NCBI GenBank assembly: GCA_964199315.1 | Contig: OZ116704.1 | Coordinates: 15,128,001-15,192,000 of the forward strand | From: Orbicella franksi | Lineage: Eukaryota | Reading direction: 5' to 3' | DNA: 64,000 nucleotides | In this document: positions 1-13,200 of the stretch, piece after piece | Numbering within the stretch: position 1 is the stretch's first letter | Layout of the letters: each line of letters starts with the position of its first letter | Position numbers and translations under genes: made by a program | The notes under the pieces: generated by a model | Told to the model about the DNA's origin: nothing | The model's input: only the letters and a program-made list of their open reading frames with translations | The model's database searches: none

Positions 1-107
1 GAAAGAGTAGCAGTTGTTAATCTGAAGTAACAGGATCCCTCAAGAAGTCACTGGAAATGTCAATATAGTCACAGTATTCCTAATCTTCTTGGTAATGCAC
101 TTTCTAG

Positions 108-3100
108 GCCAGTTGGACTGCAAGGATTGTCCACCAGGCTATTACTGTCCAGCAGGAGATCTTGAACCTGTGGCCTGTCCAAAGGGTACATATAACCCCA
201 TATCTCTTAGGGGATCATTAGGAGAGTGCCGCTCATGTATCTCAGGCATGGCTTGCCCTCGGCCTGGTCTTACTTGGCCACCAGTGAAGTGCGACGCAGG
301 TTATTACTGTCCTGCTGGGTCATCACTACCAAATGAGACCATCCATGCTTGTCCAGCAGGGACATACACTGACTACCATAACTTGACTCATGCTAGAGAA
401 TGCACTGACTGTCCAGGAAGACAGTCATGTGAGGCAGGGACTGGAGGAATACAAAAGCCACCTCAGGAATGTGCTAAAGGTATACATTGTAAATTCCTGA
501 TTTCCTTTCTTTCAAATTAAGTCGTTCCTGACCAACAATTGTAATTTCTTTCTTGTATACAGTATTTGGCAAGAGTCCAGGGGGAGGGGATACTTTACAA
601 AGTTCTATATTGGGAGGCTCTGCCCCGAAGTCCAACCTCATACCCCTTTGTCTACCATTTTGACAGAATAGGTACCCCTTTCATATACCTTTAATTTCAT
701 ACTTTCATAGCTGGCTCATATTATGAATAAACTGCCAAAGGGAGTATTCTTATCTGTAGTGCCTAGTAATTGAAATGATACAGCCATAAGGTGTGTTTGT
801 TCAAAATAAATTATTTTAACCAAAGGCCCTTTGAAATAACAAAATGACAGATTTCCCCACCCTGTCATATACCGGAGCCTGAAAAGAGTTACCCCTTTTG
901 GGCAGAGCCTCCCTGTATAGGCCATTATAGGAAGTACCCCCTCCCCCCGGGGGCAGGGGGTGGGGCAAAAGTCTCTTCGCTACACAGTACAAGGACACTC
1001 AGTAGACTTAAACCACAACCTCCTGATCTGTGCTGCAGTGTTTATTTATACGATACACCTGTCTTCCACAAGCTCAGGTTGAAGTCAGGGTCATTGCTTC
1101 AGATGTAATTTTACTATAAGCTGTAAGAAGTAGTACCAAATTTAGTCAATGCAGGGGATATAAGCAGGGTCTTAGACAGGACAACTGACTGATTGGCCTA
1201 TTAGCCAGGCAAATATGGCTGCGTCTGTTTGTTAGCCTTAGTGGATATTTATATATCTGGCTAATAGTATAAGATAAGAATTTACACCTTTCGATGATAT
1301 TTTTGTTACAAAAAGTTGTGATGTATTTTGATTTTGTAGGTCATTACTGTCCCAGGGGGACCATGAGTCCTACACAGTTCCCATGTGTAGAAGGATCTTG
1401 GACAAACCTCACAAACTTGATTTCACAAGAAGAGTGCTACATATGTCCAAAGGGCTATTTCTGTCTCCGAGGTGTCTCCACACCATCTGGTCTGTGTTTC
1501 ACAGGACATTACTGCCCACGAGGTATGTTCAGAATTCAAAAATTCACCAATCTGCGTACTTGTCGTTGGGTTCTTTAGTAATACCCTTTCTAGAACCAAA
1601 GCAGCTTTCATTTAATCACAGTAACATAGATTGACGTCTTCACTATTGGCTACAACACTTTATTAAGCATTGCAGAAAAGAGTTTTTGAGCATCAATATT
1701 AAAATACAAAAAATAAATAACAGAGATAACTAGAAAAACTATGTACAATTACAATTACAATGACTGTATAACTATGTACAAATTAACTCATTAATTAAAT
1801 GTTTCTTTTAAACTTAAGGATCAAATCCTCGTTTAGATTTTTCCATATTTTTACACCATGAAAATAAAAGGCGTGCTGGCTAGAAGCAATTCTACAAGAT
1901 GGAAGGCTGCCCCTATGTCTTGTTTGTCTGTTGTAGGTAGTAGACTGGGTACAAAATTTGTCTAGTTGCCGTTCTAGTATAGTTATAGTAGTCTGGCCAT
2001 GGATTCCTACATCTGTTAGTTTAGCTATGCAGCAAATTTTCCCTTAATAGAGGTTATCAGGTTCTTTTGATGTTGGTTTTGCTTGTCTAAAAGGTACCAA
2101 ACGAGGCACTGAATTTCCCTGTCCTGCTGGCACATACAACAACAGAACAGGTCTGGAACGAAAAGAAGACTGCGTACCCTGTACAACTGGTCACTATTGT
2201 CCACAGGGCACAACAAATCCAATAGAATGCCCGCGAGGTACTTTCAATGACGAGCTTTCAGCTAAGGTATGAAACACAACTCCCACATGTCTTGTAAATA
2301 CACGAAACATTACCTTGAGGTTTAAGAGTTACTTTGTGAAAAGAATCAAGTTTTGCACTTGAATCAAACATTAAATAGTGTAATCACTGATGTGTCTGAC
2401 TGTGTTGTAATGTTGAACAAGGATATTTTTCCTTTAGAAGAAGAGATACTTCATTCTCTTTAAAAATGCAAGGTAATTTATCTTGCCTTCTGCCATGTAC
2501 AAATGCCTTTAATCTTTAAGTGCGAGTGTTGCAGCTATCATCCTAAGAAAATCAAACCGTGATGTAATTGTCTATTACATCATCTAGTGCTAAAGTGACG
2601 ATACTGTATTTTTACTACCAACCTATCTGAAGAAACATCGTGACTATCTTGAGCTTAGTAGAACATGCTGTTTACAACATCGTGTATTTCAATTTTTTTG
2701 CAGAACCTTGATGGCTGTAAGCAATGTGTTGCTGGGTACTATTGCCCCAATTTGGCAAACTTCGAGCTCCTTGCTTGTGAACTGGCAAATTACTCGGTAA
2801 TGTGTATCTTCAGCTTTGAATTTAACATAGTCATATAATCTTTATGCTTTGAAAACAAGAAAAATCCCAGCATTTCATCAATATAATTTGTGTAATAAAA
2901 CATAGTTCTCTGCCAAAAAAAAGTCTGTATGCTTTGATCAACAAAATACAATTGATTTTCACGTGCTCTTTCTTAGGATTGCACATTTTTCTTTAGACAA
3001 ACTAGGGAGGTGAAGAAGGATTTATTTTATTACTTTTTGCTTACTTTCACAGGGTCCTGGTGCCTCTGAATGCACAACATGTGAGGCAGGGCACTATTGC

Positions 3101-6100
3101 GACAGTAGAACAACGAGCAAGGCAGAGATGATAGGTACTAAAATTTGCCCAGCTGGAACACACTGCCCACCAGGCACTCTGGAAAAACCGGACTTGCACG
3201 ATAGTACTTATGCCTGTTGGAAAGGTCACTACTGCCTCAGGGGTGATGAGGTACAGCTTGTTGGTTGTCATAAGCCTCTAACCAGTCTTAATGAAATGTC
3301 CTGACAATCGTATAATCTTAGGGAACATTTCCTAGACAAAGCAAAAATGCAGTTGGCAATACTGTTGTCAGAATGTTGTTTTTTTTGTACAGCCAATATT
3401 ATTTGAATCTATCCAGGTAACCTTTAGTGTTAATGCGTGGATCCCCCATCACTGCATCATGTCTGTTATGCCCTGCCAATGGCCTTTTGAGATGCTTTGT
3501 CAAATGTACAGCGGCTTACAGAATATTACAGAATGGAACATGCCAAATGTGACTAGTTCATTGATCATGAGTCATCACTTGAAACACACTCAGGCAAAAA
3601 AAAATGTCATACACAAAGAGTAATGAAAGGGCATTTTGTTGTGTGATTAATTTGTTTTTTATTTGTTTGTTGAAAGGTTTGGACATGTGGTCAATTGGTA
3701 TTTAACTAGACAACTTTCTTTCCAACAGAATGCTTATCCTATCAAATGCCCAAATGGAACCTTCAACCCTCACGAAGGTCGGAAACATGTCAGTGAATGT
3801 GTTAAATGCACAGAAGGCTTCTATTGTGAGCCAGAAGGCTTGGAAAAAGAGGTGAATTCCTTGTTTTTTTGTAACAGACATGGTATTCATTACCTTCTAG
3901 AGGTGTAGAAGTACTTTGCTGACATCATTTACTTAAACCATAGTTAGTGGAGGGGTCCCCTCCACTAACTATGCTTAAACAGATGATCAAAATACTGAGC
4001 TTTAAATGGTTTGTCTTATTTGTTTACTGGGCACAACGTGACCCAATTAATTTTGTGTTTAAGTTTAAGAGGACTCGATACTGTAATGGATAGTTTAATT
4101 AAGATTCTCAGTATTTATTTGCTCAAGGTTATTGAAATAGTTATTTGAACTCTGATCCAATGATAGTGACTCAGTCTTTGAGGTAAATAAATTTACTACA
4201 GTGGAATCCCGATTTTTCAAACCTCCAAGGGAAACGAAAATTGGTTCGAAAAATCGGAGAGTTCGAGAAATTGGGAGTAAAATTACAGTGTTTGACTAAG
4301 GAGGGGAAGCGACTTTTGTTTCGAGTTATCGGGAGGTTCGAAAAATTGAGAGTTCAAGAAATCGGGATTCTACTGTATATGAACAGAATACAAAATTTTA
4401 ACCAAACGTAATACAGGTTTAACTCACCCTCAAAAAGTGCCACCATAATGGCTATAACTGTAGATGTGTAACATACTAATGAGTATCAGAAGACTTAATA
4501 TGTTTAACGTTAAGGTTAGAGAAGCAGCCTGGTTGTGTAGGGGATCCCTTTCATGAATGACAAAAGAAATTGTCATCTATTGTTACTGTACGGTAAAGGT
4601 AAAGTCTGCATGTAAGCCAAGTGGTCCATCAGGCCGGCACTTACCTTTGGTTTCTGTAGCATGAAGCGACTAGGAGTATTTCTACTCCCCCCTTGATGTG
4701 ATGCTAGTCGATCGCAGGGTTACTCCCAGCATTAAATTCACTAGTACCTATTTTATACACCATGAGGCACCATGAGGCACCATGAGAGTAAAGTGTCTTG
4801 TCCACAACAGTGTCCCTGGCTAGGGCTTGAACCCAGACTGCTCAATCCAGAGTTCAGCGCACTGACCATGTGGCCACCACGCGTCCCAAAATTGTAACAT
4901 ATTTCTTTTTTCAGGCTGATGTTTGCCCTCCTGGGTACTTTTGTCCAGAGGGAACAGGATACAGATTTTCCCAGCCATGTCCAGTGGGATTTTACAGAAA
5001 ACTGTCTGCTGCAGTTTCTGTACAGGATTGCAGTGTTTGCTTCTCTGGTCACTTCTGTGATGTCCTTGGCCTGGAAGATCCTGAAGTATGTCCAGAGGTA
5101 AGTCAAGATAACTTGAATAACTAAGTACTACTTTGTATGCAGCCCGGCTTTGTCATTATCGCTATGCCTCCGACATTGTTTCCTTAAAACCTGCTGGAAC
5201 GGTCTGTTGACTGGATCGATTGATCAATTTATCACTGCGAAAATGTGGGAGGAGGTTGACCTCCATATCCAAGCCAGATGCTCATGTATAAAACACTTGA
5301 CAATTAATAAAAAATTACAATGAACTAATGTGAGTAAATATGAATTAAATACGGTGAAATCTGTATTAAGCAGACACCTTTGGGACACTCACTAGTGTCC
5401 GCTTAATACAGGGTGTCTGCTCTAAACAGGTTCTGATATACAGTTGAACCCCACTAATGAAAAATAATTCGAAATAGCAGGAGTTTGAAGTAGCTGATAG
5501 TGAATGACTGAAGAAAAAATCCAAGGAAAATGGTTTTGAGTTCGAAATAACGGGGAATTCGAAATAACAGAGTTCAAATTACCTGGGTCCGACTGTATTG
5601 TGCAACAATAGTGAATTATTAAACCTTTTGTAACACAGTGCAACACAGTGCAAGATCAAAGACTGCTCATATCACAGTGTTCAGTCAGTCAATGCATCAA
5701 TCTGGAATAATCTGCTTAGCTTTAAAAGGACATTTCTGAACAATGTTAAAGGACTCTGAGCTGAGCTGAGCTTTCAGAAGCAAAAAGCCTTTAAAGTGTC
5801 CACTTATTACAGGCATAGTTAGTAGCTATGTTACAGGTTTTGTGTAACAAAATGGCTTAATATCGGTGTCTGCACCGGCTTAACAGAGGTGTCTGCTGAA
5901 TGCAAGTTTATTTTACAGTAAATGTGGGAAGGAAATTTAGGGACTAGATCGAGGGTGTCTGCTACGAAAAATTGTCTAAGTCAATTTCTAGAACAATCTA
6001 GAACCGGACGTCATTCAGCCGTGACCAATTTGTATAAGAACATTCCAGAACATTCTAATCCTTATGTAATTACTCAGATTAGAAACTGTGTCAAACTACT

Positions 6101-9100
6101 TAATTTAGCTTGTAGTAGAAGTTTCTAGAACTTTAAGCCTCATGTATATTAGAGCGAGCATTTCTTCTGTGAGAGAGATTGATTCAAATTTGAAGAAGCT
6201 TAGTGCTGTAAATTCGCGAAGTTACCTTACGGAAATCAATTAGTTTGTTGCTGTTACCAGCGATCGTAAGTTCTGTCTGGAAACAACCCTACTCTTCAAC
6301 GATACTCGTAACAGTGTCCACTTAATATGGGGTCTACTTAAGACAGGTTTTGCTGTATAGAATATATTGAAAATATTGAAATATAAATATCAGTGAAATA
6401 TACATACTAAATGCTTTGCCCACGAACAGTAGTAGAAAAAAAAGTGAGTAGACATACATCTCCAGTTAATATTAGAAACTATTGATGATACCACCCCAAA
6501 AATTAAGAATGCGAGGTTAAAATTCATGTGAAGTCTGCATGCGAGCCAAGTGGCCCATCAGGCCGGAGCTTATCCTGGTTTCTGTAGCATGAAGCAACTA
6601 GGAGTATTTCTACTCCCCCCTGGATGGGATGCTAGTCCATCGCAGGGTTACCCCCAGCATTAAGTTCGCCAGTACCCATTTATACACCTGGGTGGAGAGA
6701 GGCATTGTGCGAGTAAAGTGTCTTGCCCAAGAACACAACACAATGTCTCCGGTCAGGGCTTGAACCCGGACTGCTCGATCCGGAGACATATAAGTTGTCA
6801 GTGTGTAATGAATAATTTTTTTGCAACCCCAGGGCTTCTTTTGCCCCACTGGTACTACTATTCCTCAGCCATGCCCATGTGGTTACTATGGCAACTCGTC
6901 TGGTGTGAAAAGAAGTGAAGAGTGTGCACCATGCCCCGCAGGTGAGTACTGCGCTGGTTATGGTCTGAAAGAGCCTACCGGACCTTGTGATGCTGGATTC
7001 TACTGCAGTGGAAGGGCCTGCACCTCTGTGAGTATTAAAACTGGAATATCTTGGGTTGTGTTAAATTTGAAAATTAACAATTATTCCATGCATGCGTTGT
7101 ATATGAGATGGTACGTCCAACGAGATGCGGAGTGCCAAGTTGGCTGTAACCATCTCATATCCAACAAGCACCATTGGTAGATTTGTTTCATTAAAAATGC
7201 CCCCCACAATTACGCAAATACTTACCATATTTGTGGAGCATGGTATAATGGCTCATAAAACATGATGGCTAAGCCAGTGAAAACTCTTCCAGTGCATTAT
7301 TCAATGATCCAGTTTTTAATAATATTGTTTAGTTTGGTACATTACTGCATCTAAGTTAATTTTTCTTTTTCTGTCACCTTCATTTACAACGCGCTACCTT
7401 GGTATTAATTTGAATAATTTGTTATAAAATTATTTAGGAACCTAAGTGGATTTATCATTTTGCTAGGTTTATAGTTGCTAGGTAAAGAACCTTGCAAAAA
7501 AAAAGACATTCTATGTAGATTTACTGTGATTCAAATACTGTACTCTCCCTGTTGTTAGAACTTATTTCTTTTTTTTCTCAAAGGCCCCCCCTGAAGGAAG
7601 CCCAACAGGAGGTCTTTGTCCCAAAGGGGGCTACTGTCCACAAGGTGCAAAAACTCCAGAGCCCTGCCCTGTGGGGAAATACAGTGGAACCAAAGGAAAC
7701 AAAGAACCAGATGACTGTGTCACATGTGACCCTGGGTATGTTATGTCATTGACACTATGCACTACCAAAGAGTAACAGCATTAATTACCATAAGATTGGC
7801 AGTACTGCATGTGTTTGCCAGCATACTCAACAGATTTTGTTTTTTTTTCCTCATTAACAGACAGCTTTGCACATAGAAGGCATCATGCTAGACACAAATT
7901 GACTGTAATCATTTAAAGAGCTTGTGAAACTTAGTAATTGGTGAAATGTTTAGCTCTTTGGGTGTAATAGTCGAGGAGAAATAGGCTTTCAAAAACTACA
8001 AAATTTCTGGGTGCTGAAAGTGTTAATGAGCTCATACATTCTTTGTAAAAGTTTGAGTTTTCAAACCCGTACCACACAAAAAGTATTCAATACTTCCAGC
8101 TTAAATTCCTTGGGACAGTTGATCGTACTATTCCATTTCCATATTCAGAACTTATGTTTTTGTAGCTCCATCAGAAACTGTATTGCTTATACTAATGAGG
8201 CAAATATTTTAAACAAAGTTTTTCCTATATGAGTTAGCTTAAGTGCATTGTCTCATTCAGATATTACTGTGCTGGAGACACCAACCCTGAACCCACAGGT
8301 CCATGTTCACCAGGACATTACTGCACAGGAGGGGCATCTGTACCAACCCAGTTTGTCACAGAAAAGGGCCACTTCTCAGGAGAGGCTGCTGTTTTTCCAC
8401 AACCGTGTCCAGTTGGAACTTATCAAGAGGTACCTACCACCATCTCGAGTAGAGTTTAACATGCCCACTTGTTTGAGTGTTCTTCTCAAGGGATTTTTCC
8501 CCAGTCAGTTGTGTCTGTGTACTCTAGTGGGACCATTTCAACCACAAAGCAGGATGAAAAACCATTGTTTGGGTGTTGCTCCAATAAGTATAATTTTGTA
8601 ATGGATGACTCTGAACAAAGAACATGTTTTTTTTCTTCTTTGCAGACTGATCGAGCAGAGCGTTGTACAAATTGTACGGAGAAAAACTTCTGTGATAGAA
8701 TGGGACTTGATTTTCCAACACCGTGTATAACAGGGCACTACTGTCCTCCAAACAGCATCAAGCCAACTGCTTGTCCACCGGTGAGTATAATGATTGTTCA
8801 TTGCTACCGCTGTAAGTGAAAAGGGTGAATGACAATGTGCTGAAAATTTGGCATAATCCTTGCTTTCTTTGTCTTATTGTGCCCAAATTCGCAATTATCC
8901 AATCAGGAGCCATGTCTACTGTCCTGATATCCTGCGATATCAAGTCACTGACCTGATATGGCTCTGATATCATGGTCACTTGGCCAAATTTGAGTATGAC
9001 CAAAGTTGTCTGATATACTGCAGAAGCGTGCCAAAAGTGTACGATCAGGTATACTAACATTCAAACTCATTTACTAGACATATTGCTGCATTTAGCCTAT

Positions 9101-10234
9101 TTTACTCTGCGCAGAGTAGTCTGCTGTCAAATAAATGCGAATTCAAAAGACTGTTTTGCTCCTCAGTGAGTAACTTTCGTGGCTGCCTTTGTTGTTTACA
9201 CCGTGTCATACACACGAGGTTGCTTTTATTTGAAAGTTTGTGACACTTGCCCTTTTGCTGGTATTTTTTGTTTTATTTTTCTTGAGTTCTTCAGGTGAAT
9301 GCACACATTGATATGTTATTGCCAGTTTATGGACTGGCAATAACAGCAAACAGTCCCTTCGCAATCGCTTTCTGTGTGTACAGGGTATAGCAGTTAGTCC
9401 ATAAATATGCTTAGATATAATTTTATAATAGTTATTTGTTACTTTTTAATTTTTCAAGAATTTTTTCACTGATTTCATCTAATGGCATACAGGTGTTTTT
9501 GGTCATAGATCTGTACAGCTAACATGAGGTTATTTTTCCCAGGGAACTTACAACCCAAACGGTGCAACGGCCACAATTGCATCTTGCATACCCTGTGATG
9601 CAGGATCGTACTGTAGACAACCTGGCTTGAACGCTACTGAAGGAAAATGCTCTGCAGGGTATTACTGTATAGAGGGTTCTCCAAGCCCAACTCCAGTAAG
9701 TTAACTCCACAGTTTAGCACATGCTTTTGTAAGCAGACTCGAAGATAAGATACCATGTGGCATGAAATTTTTGCAGGTTTTAATTTTTGCGATTTTTTTC
9801 ACAATCTGCAAAAATAATTCCCGCAAAAAAATTTACTCCACTGCGAAAATTATACTTCCAATCATCTCATGAAAAATCTTGATGCCATTTATTTAAAACG
9901 TCTTTTTTGTTCAGAAACAAAACTTGAGGCCTATGCATGAAGTGGTAGCGTAGTTTTTTCTGATCCATTGCTGGGCCAATCAACCACAATAAGGCAAGAT
10001 GTCATTGCAATAGATTGACACTGATTACCATGTTTCATATTTCTGCATGTTGTTTCACTTGTCGATTGCATTTAGTTTAAGCAATTGGAAAGAAGAAGCC
10101 TGAAAAAATCAGGGCTTTAATGGGAATCGAACCTGTGACCTCTGCGATACCAGTGCGATGCTCTACCAACTGAGCTATGAAGCCACACATTGGGAGCGAG
10201 GCCAATTGCTTAAATTGGAATTGCTTAAATTGGA

Positions 10235-10265
<31 letters not shown>

Positions 10266-13200
10266 ATCTACAACCGCTGTTCAAATATGAATTATTTCAT
10301 ATATACTTCACATAGCCTGGTAAGTTAAGTTTTCTAATTTTGTTTCTAAAAGTAGTTAGATAGGGCATCTCTTATAGAACGTTTTCACATGACGTCACGG
10401 CAGCCATATTCCAAAACAATGAAACGGGAGCCATGTTGGTGTACCATACCAATCCTGTGGGAGTTCAACTCTTTCCTTATGTAAACACTTCCTTTCATTT
10501 CAATAAATTTGCATGGCTGCTGGCCACATGAGTGAAAACGCTCTTATATCTTCACTTAGTTTAGACCATTATAAAGGCCTCGCATATCCTCGTACACTCC
10601 ACTGATGCCTCGCCGTCTCCCAATAGTACCGGTTCATTGCCCTGCCGACGGACTCGATGCCAGACGTGCAAGCACATAACTTCTCAGACTTTTCTACAAG
10701 GCCCAAAGAGCGCACATAACATCCGTGACCACTTCACCTGTCAGTCTGAGAATGTTGTGTATTGCATTTCTTGTCGTCGCTGCAATTGCCTGTACATCGG
10801 AGAGACTGGAAGGCGACTACGGGAACGTTTCAGCGAGCACCTCCGCAGCATTCGAAACCGATCGCGCAGGTTTCCCGTAGCTGAACATTTCAACTTTGCC
10901 TCCCACTCTCTGGATGACCTCATGGTCTGTGGCTTGAAACAGTGCTCTGGCAGTAACATCAGCTGCAAGCAGCATGAAATGAAATTAATCTTCAAGCTGG
11001 GCACGCTTAGAGCGAACAGACTGAACATTGACTTTAATTTTTTGTGCCTGTGGGGCGTGTATCACACATACGCGCGCTAAAACAATGGTTTTCCTATTTG
11101 TTTACTGTGTACTTCATGCGCGCCCTAACCGTGTATGCCTATGCGTACAGTTTTTGTATGGCGTGGCTCACAGGAATCATTCCACCTACTGAAGAAGGGC
11201 TTAGCCTGAAACATTTAGACTAGAAGAAAAAATTTGACACTTTTAGAGCCTTTTGAGCATTATTTCTAATTGTCAGATTGAATGTTTGCCATAAGATATG
11301 GTATTGAAATGTGGTTTCACAAAATCGCCATTCCTATCAAGTGCATAGAATCTTTACGGACGAATAGGGCGCAGATGTTGTCTGGTACAAGACTGTTGTT
11401 GACCTTATACATGAGCACTGTGGGATTGTTTGGTTTACTGTTTGTAGCCCTGGTGATTTGCAATGGTCATTAGAAAATCATTAGAAATCCGAAGGTCAGA
11501 CGAATGTTTGCGAACACTTTCCGCACATTTTCTGAACATTTTCCGAAGATTGCCGGAGATGACCAAAGAAGATCCGAAGATGTTTCGATCATGCACCAAC
11601 AAATTTAAGTGTAGGTAAAGGGACAAAAGAAAAATGTTATCAAAAATGATATCTTCACATGTGAGAATATCATATCTTCACATGTGATGATATCATATCG
11701 TTTTTATCAATTTGATACCACTCGGTATTTCGCTGGTGTTTATATAATGAAGACATTTATTTTTGTTTTCAGAACAATGGCTCCCTTTCAAACATTACAT
11801 ATGGAGGCATTTGCCTGCCTGGCTACTATTGTCCGGTAGGCACAGAAAGACCACATGAATTTCCCTGTCCAAATGGAACGTACAGTGACACACCCGGTCT
11901 TGAGAGAGAGGAGCAGTGCATTCCATGCGATCCTGGGAGATCATGCACAGGGGAAGGTCTGACAGCACCTAATGGAGTTTGCCGTCCTGGGTGGTACTGT
12001 GTTGGCAGGGCTACCACACCCATGCCTCTTGATGGTGTCACTGGTAACATATGCCCTGCTGGTTATGAGTGTCCAAATGGGACAGACACCTTCATTGATT
12101 GTAAACCTGGAACTTACAGGTATCTACACAGTTTTCAGTTTGTGGATTTGAATTGAAAAAATGATTTTTTTTTGTAGTTTGTTTTTTTTCTAAATTCTGC
12201 TAAAACTATATTACAATTCCATACCTAAAGGTAAGTTAACTACAGTAAACTACTACAATACACTACTTGCCTAAGAACACAATTACAATGCACACTTACA
12301 ATACAATACCTACAATAGCTTACCTACAATATGCTAATTATAATGAACTACTTACAATACATTACAAAGTTACATTAAACTAATTACGGTACACATGTAA
12401 TACTTAAGAGTGTTACATTACCTACAATGAACTACTGACAGTACAAGCCTTACAAAAAATCTAATTAAAATCTTGCGACAAACTAATTTCAAAGTCTGCT
12501 TACTTTACAGCGCATCAAAATGAAAGTATAATTTAAAATAATTAGTGTCAAAGTTAAGCAATTTAATAGGACAAACAGCTGTCTGTGCCACTGCTACTGC
12601 CACCTCAAAAATGTAGTTTGCCTAAAATTGCACTTGCTCTGCAAAACTGTACTTCCATTACAATGGCCACCCCAAACTTTCAGTTTTTAACAATTGTGGA
12701 TTTGAATTGAAAAGGATGAAAATGGCAATCCCAATTGACCCACGTGGGGTGCTTGTCTTCTCCAAGTTGTCGCAAGCATATTTTCACCTAACTACACCTA
12801 CTAAATAGAACTCAAATTTAAAACTGAATTTGGCAAAGCATTCGTTAATTTCTCTTTTGTTGTTGTTTCCCTTCTTCAGCAATGTTACTGGTCTCGCTGC
12901 ATGCTTGATTTGCCCAGAGCGTTTCTACTGCGAGGGTGCAGAAGGAGACAGCAAGACACCCATTCCTTGTCCTAGAGGCCGTTATTGCCCTGCTGGTACT
13001 GGAAAATCGCCAGAAAAGTGCCCAGCAGGAACATACAATCCACAGGTGAGTTTTATCAACTCCCTCGGAGATTTTATCAATGGCAAAATAAAGTTTCAAC
13101 ATTGTCTTGGCGTCATTATGTGTATAAGAGATTTTGACGATGCTGGAATAATTATTTTAATCCCCATTTCTATCGCTTTTTACTGTTACCCACCAACATT

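Larger units (their letters stand above)
5350..6357. mobile_element. Tc1/mariner-type MITE hosting nested insertions
   Basis: Degenerate TIRs tacggtgaaatctgtattaagcagacacc ... ggggtctacttaagacaggttttgctgta; internal gtgtccgcttaata repeats. Confidence 0.6.

Noticed and set aside
1-107. Additional exon or start codon at the window edge
   Set aside because: Stops in frame, no signal peptide, ends in a good acceptor (tttctag); treated as intron.
10113-10184. tRNA gene (Thr-GGT-like) on the minus strand
   Set aside because: The anticodon stem does not pair, the acceptor stem has a mismatch, and it is embedded in repeat body sequence; it is a SINE head.
12230-12440. (TACAA)n-like low-complexity tract
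   Set aside because: Ordinary degenerate simple repeat, probably a retroelement tail.
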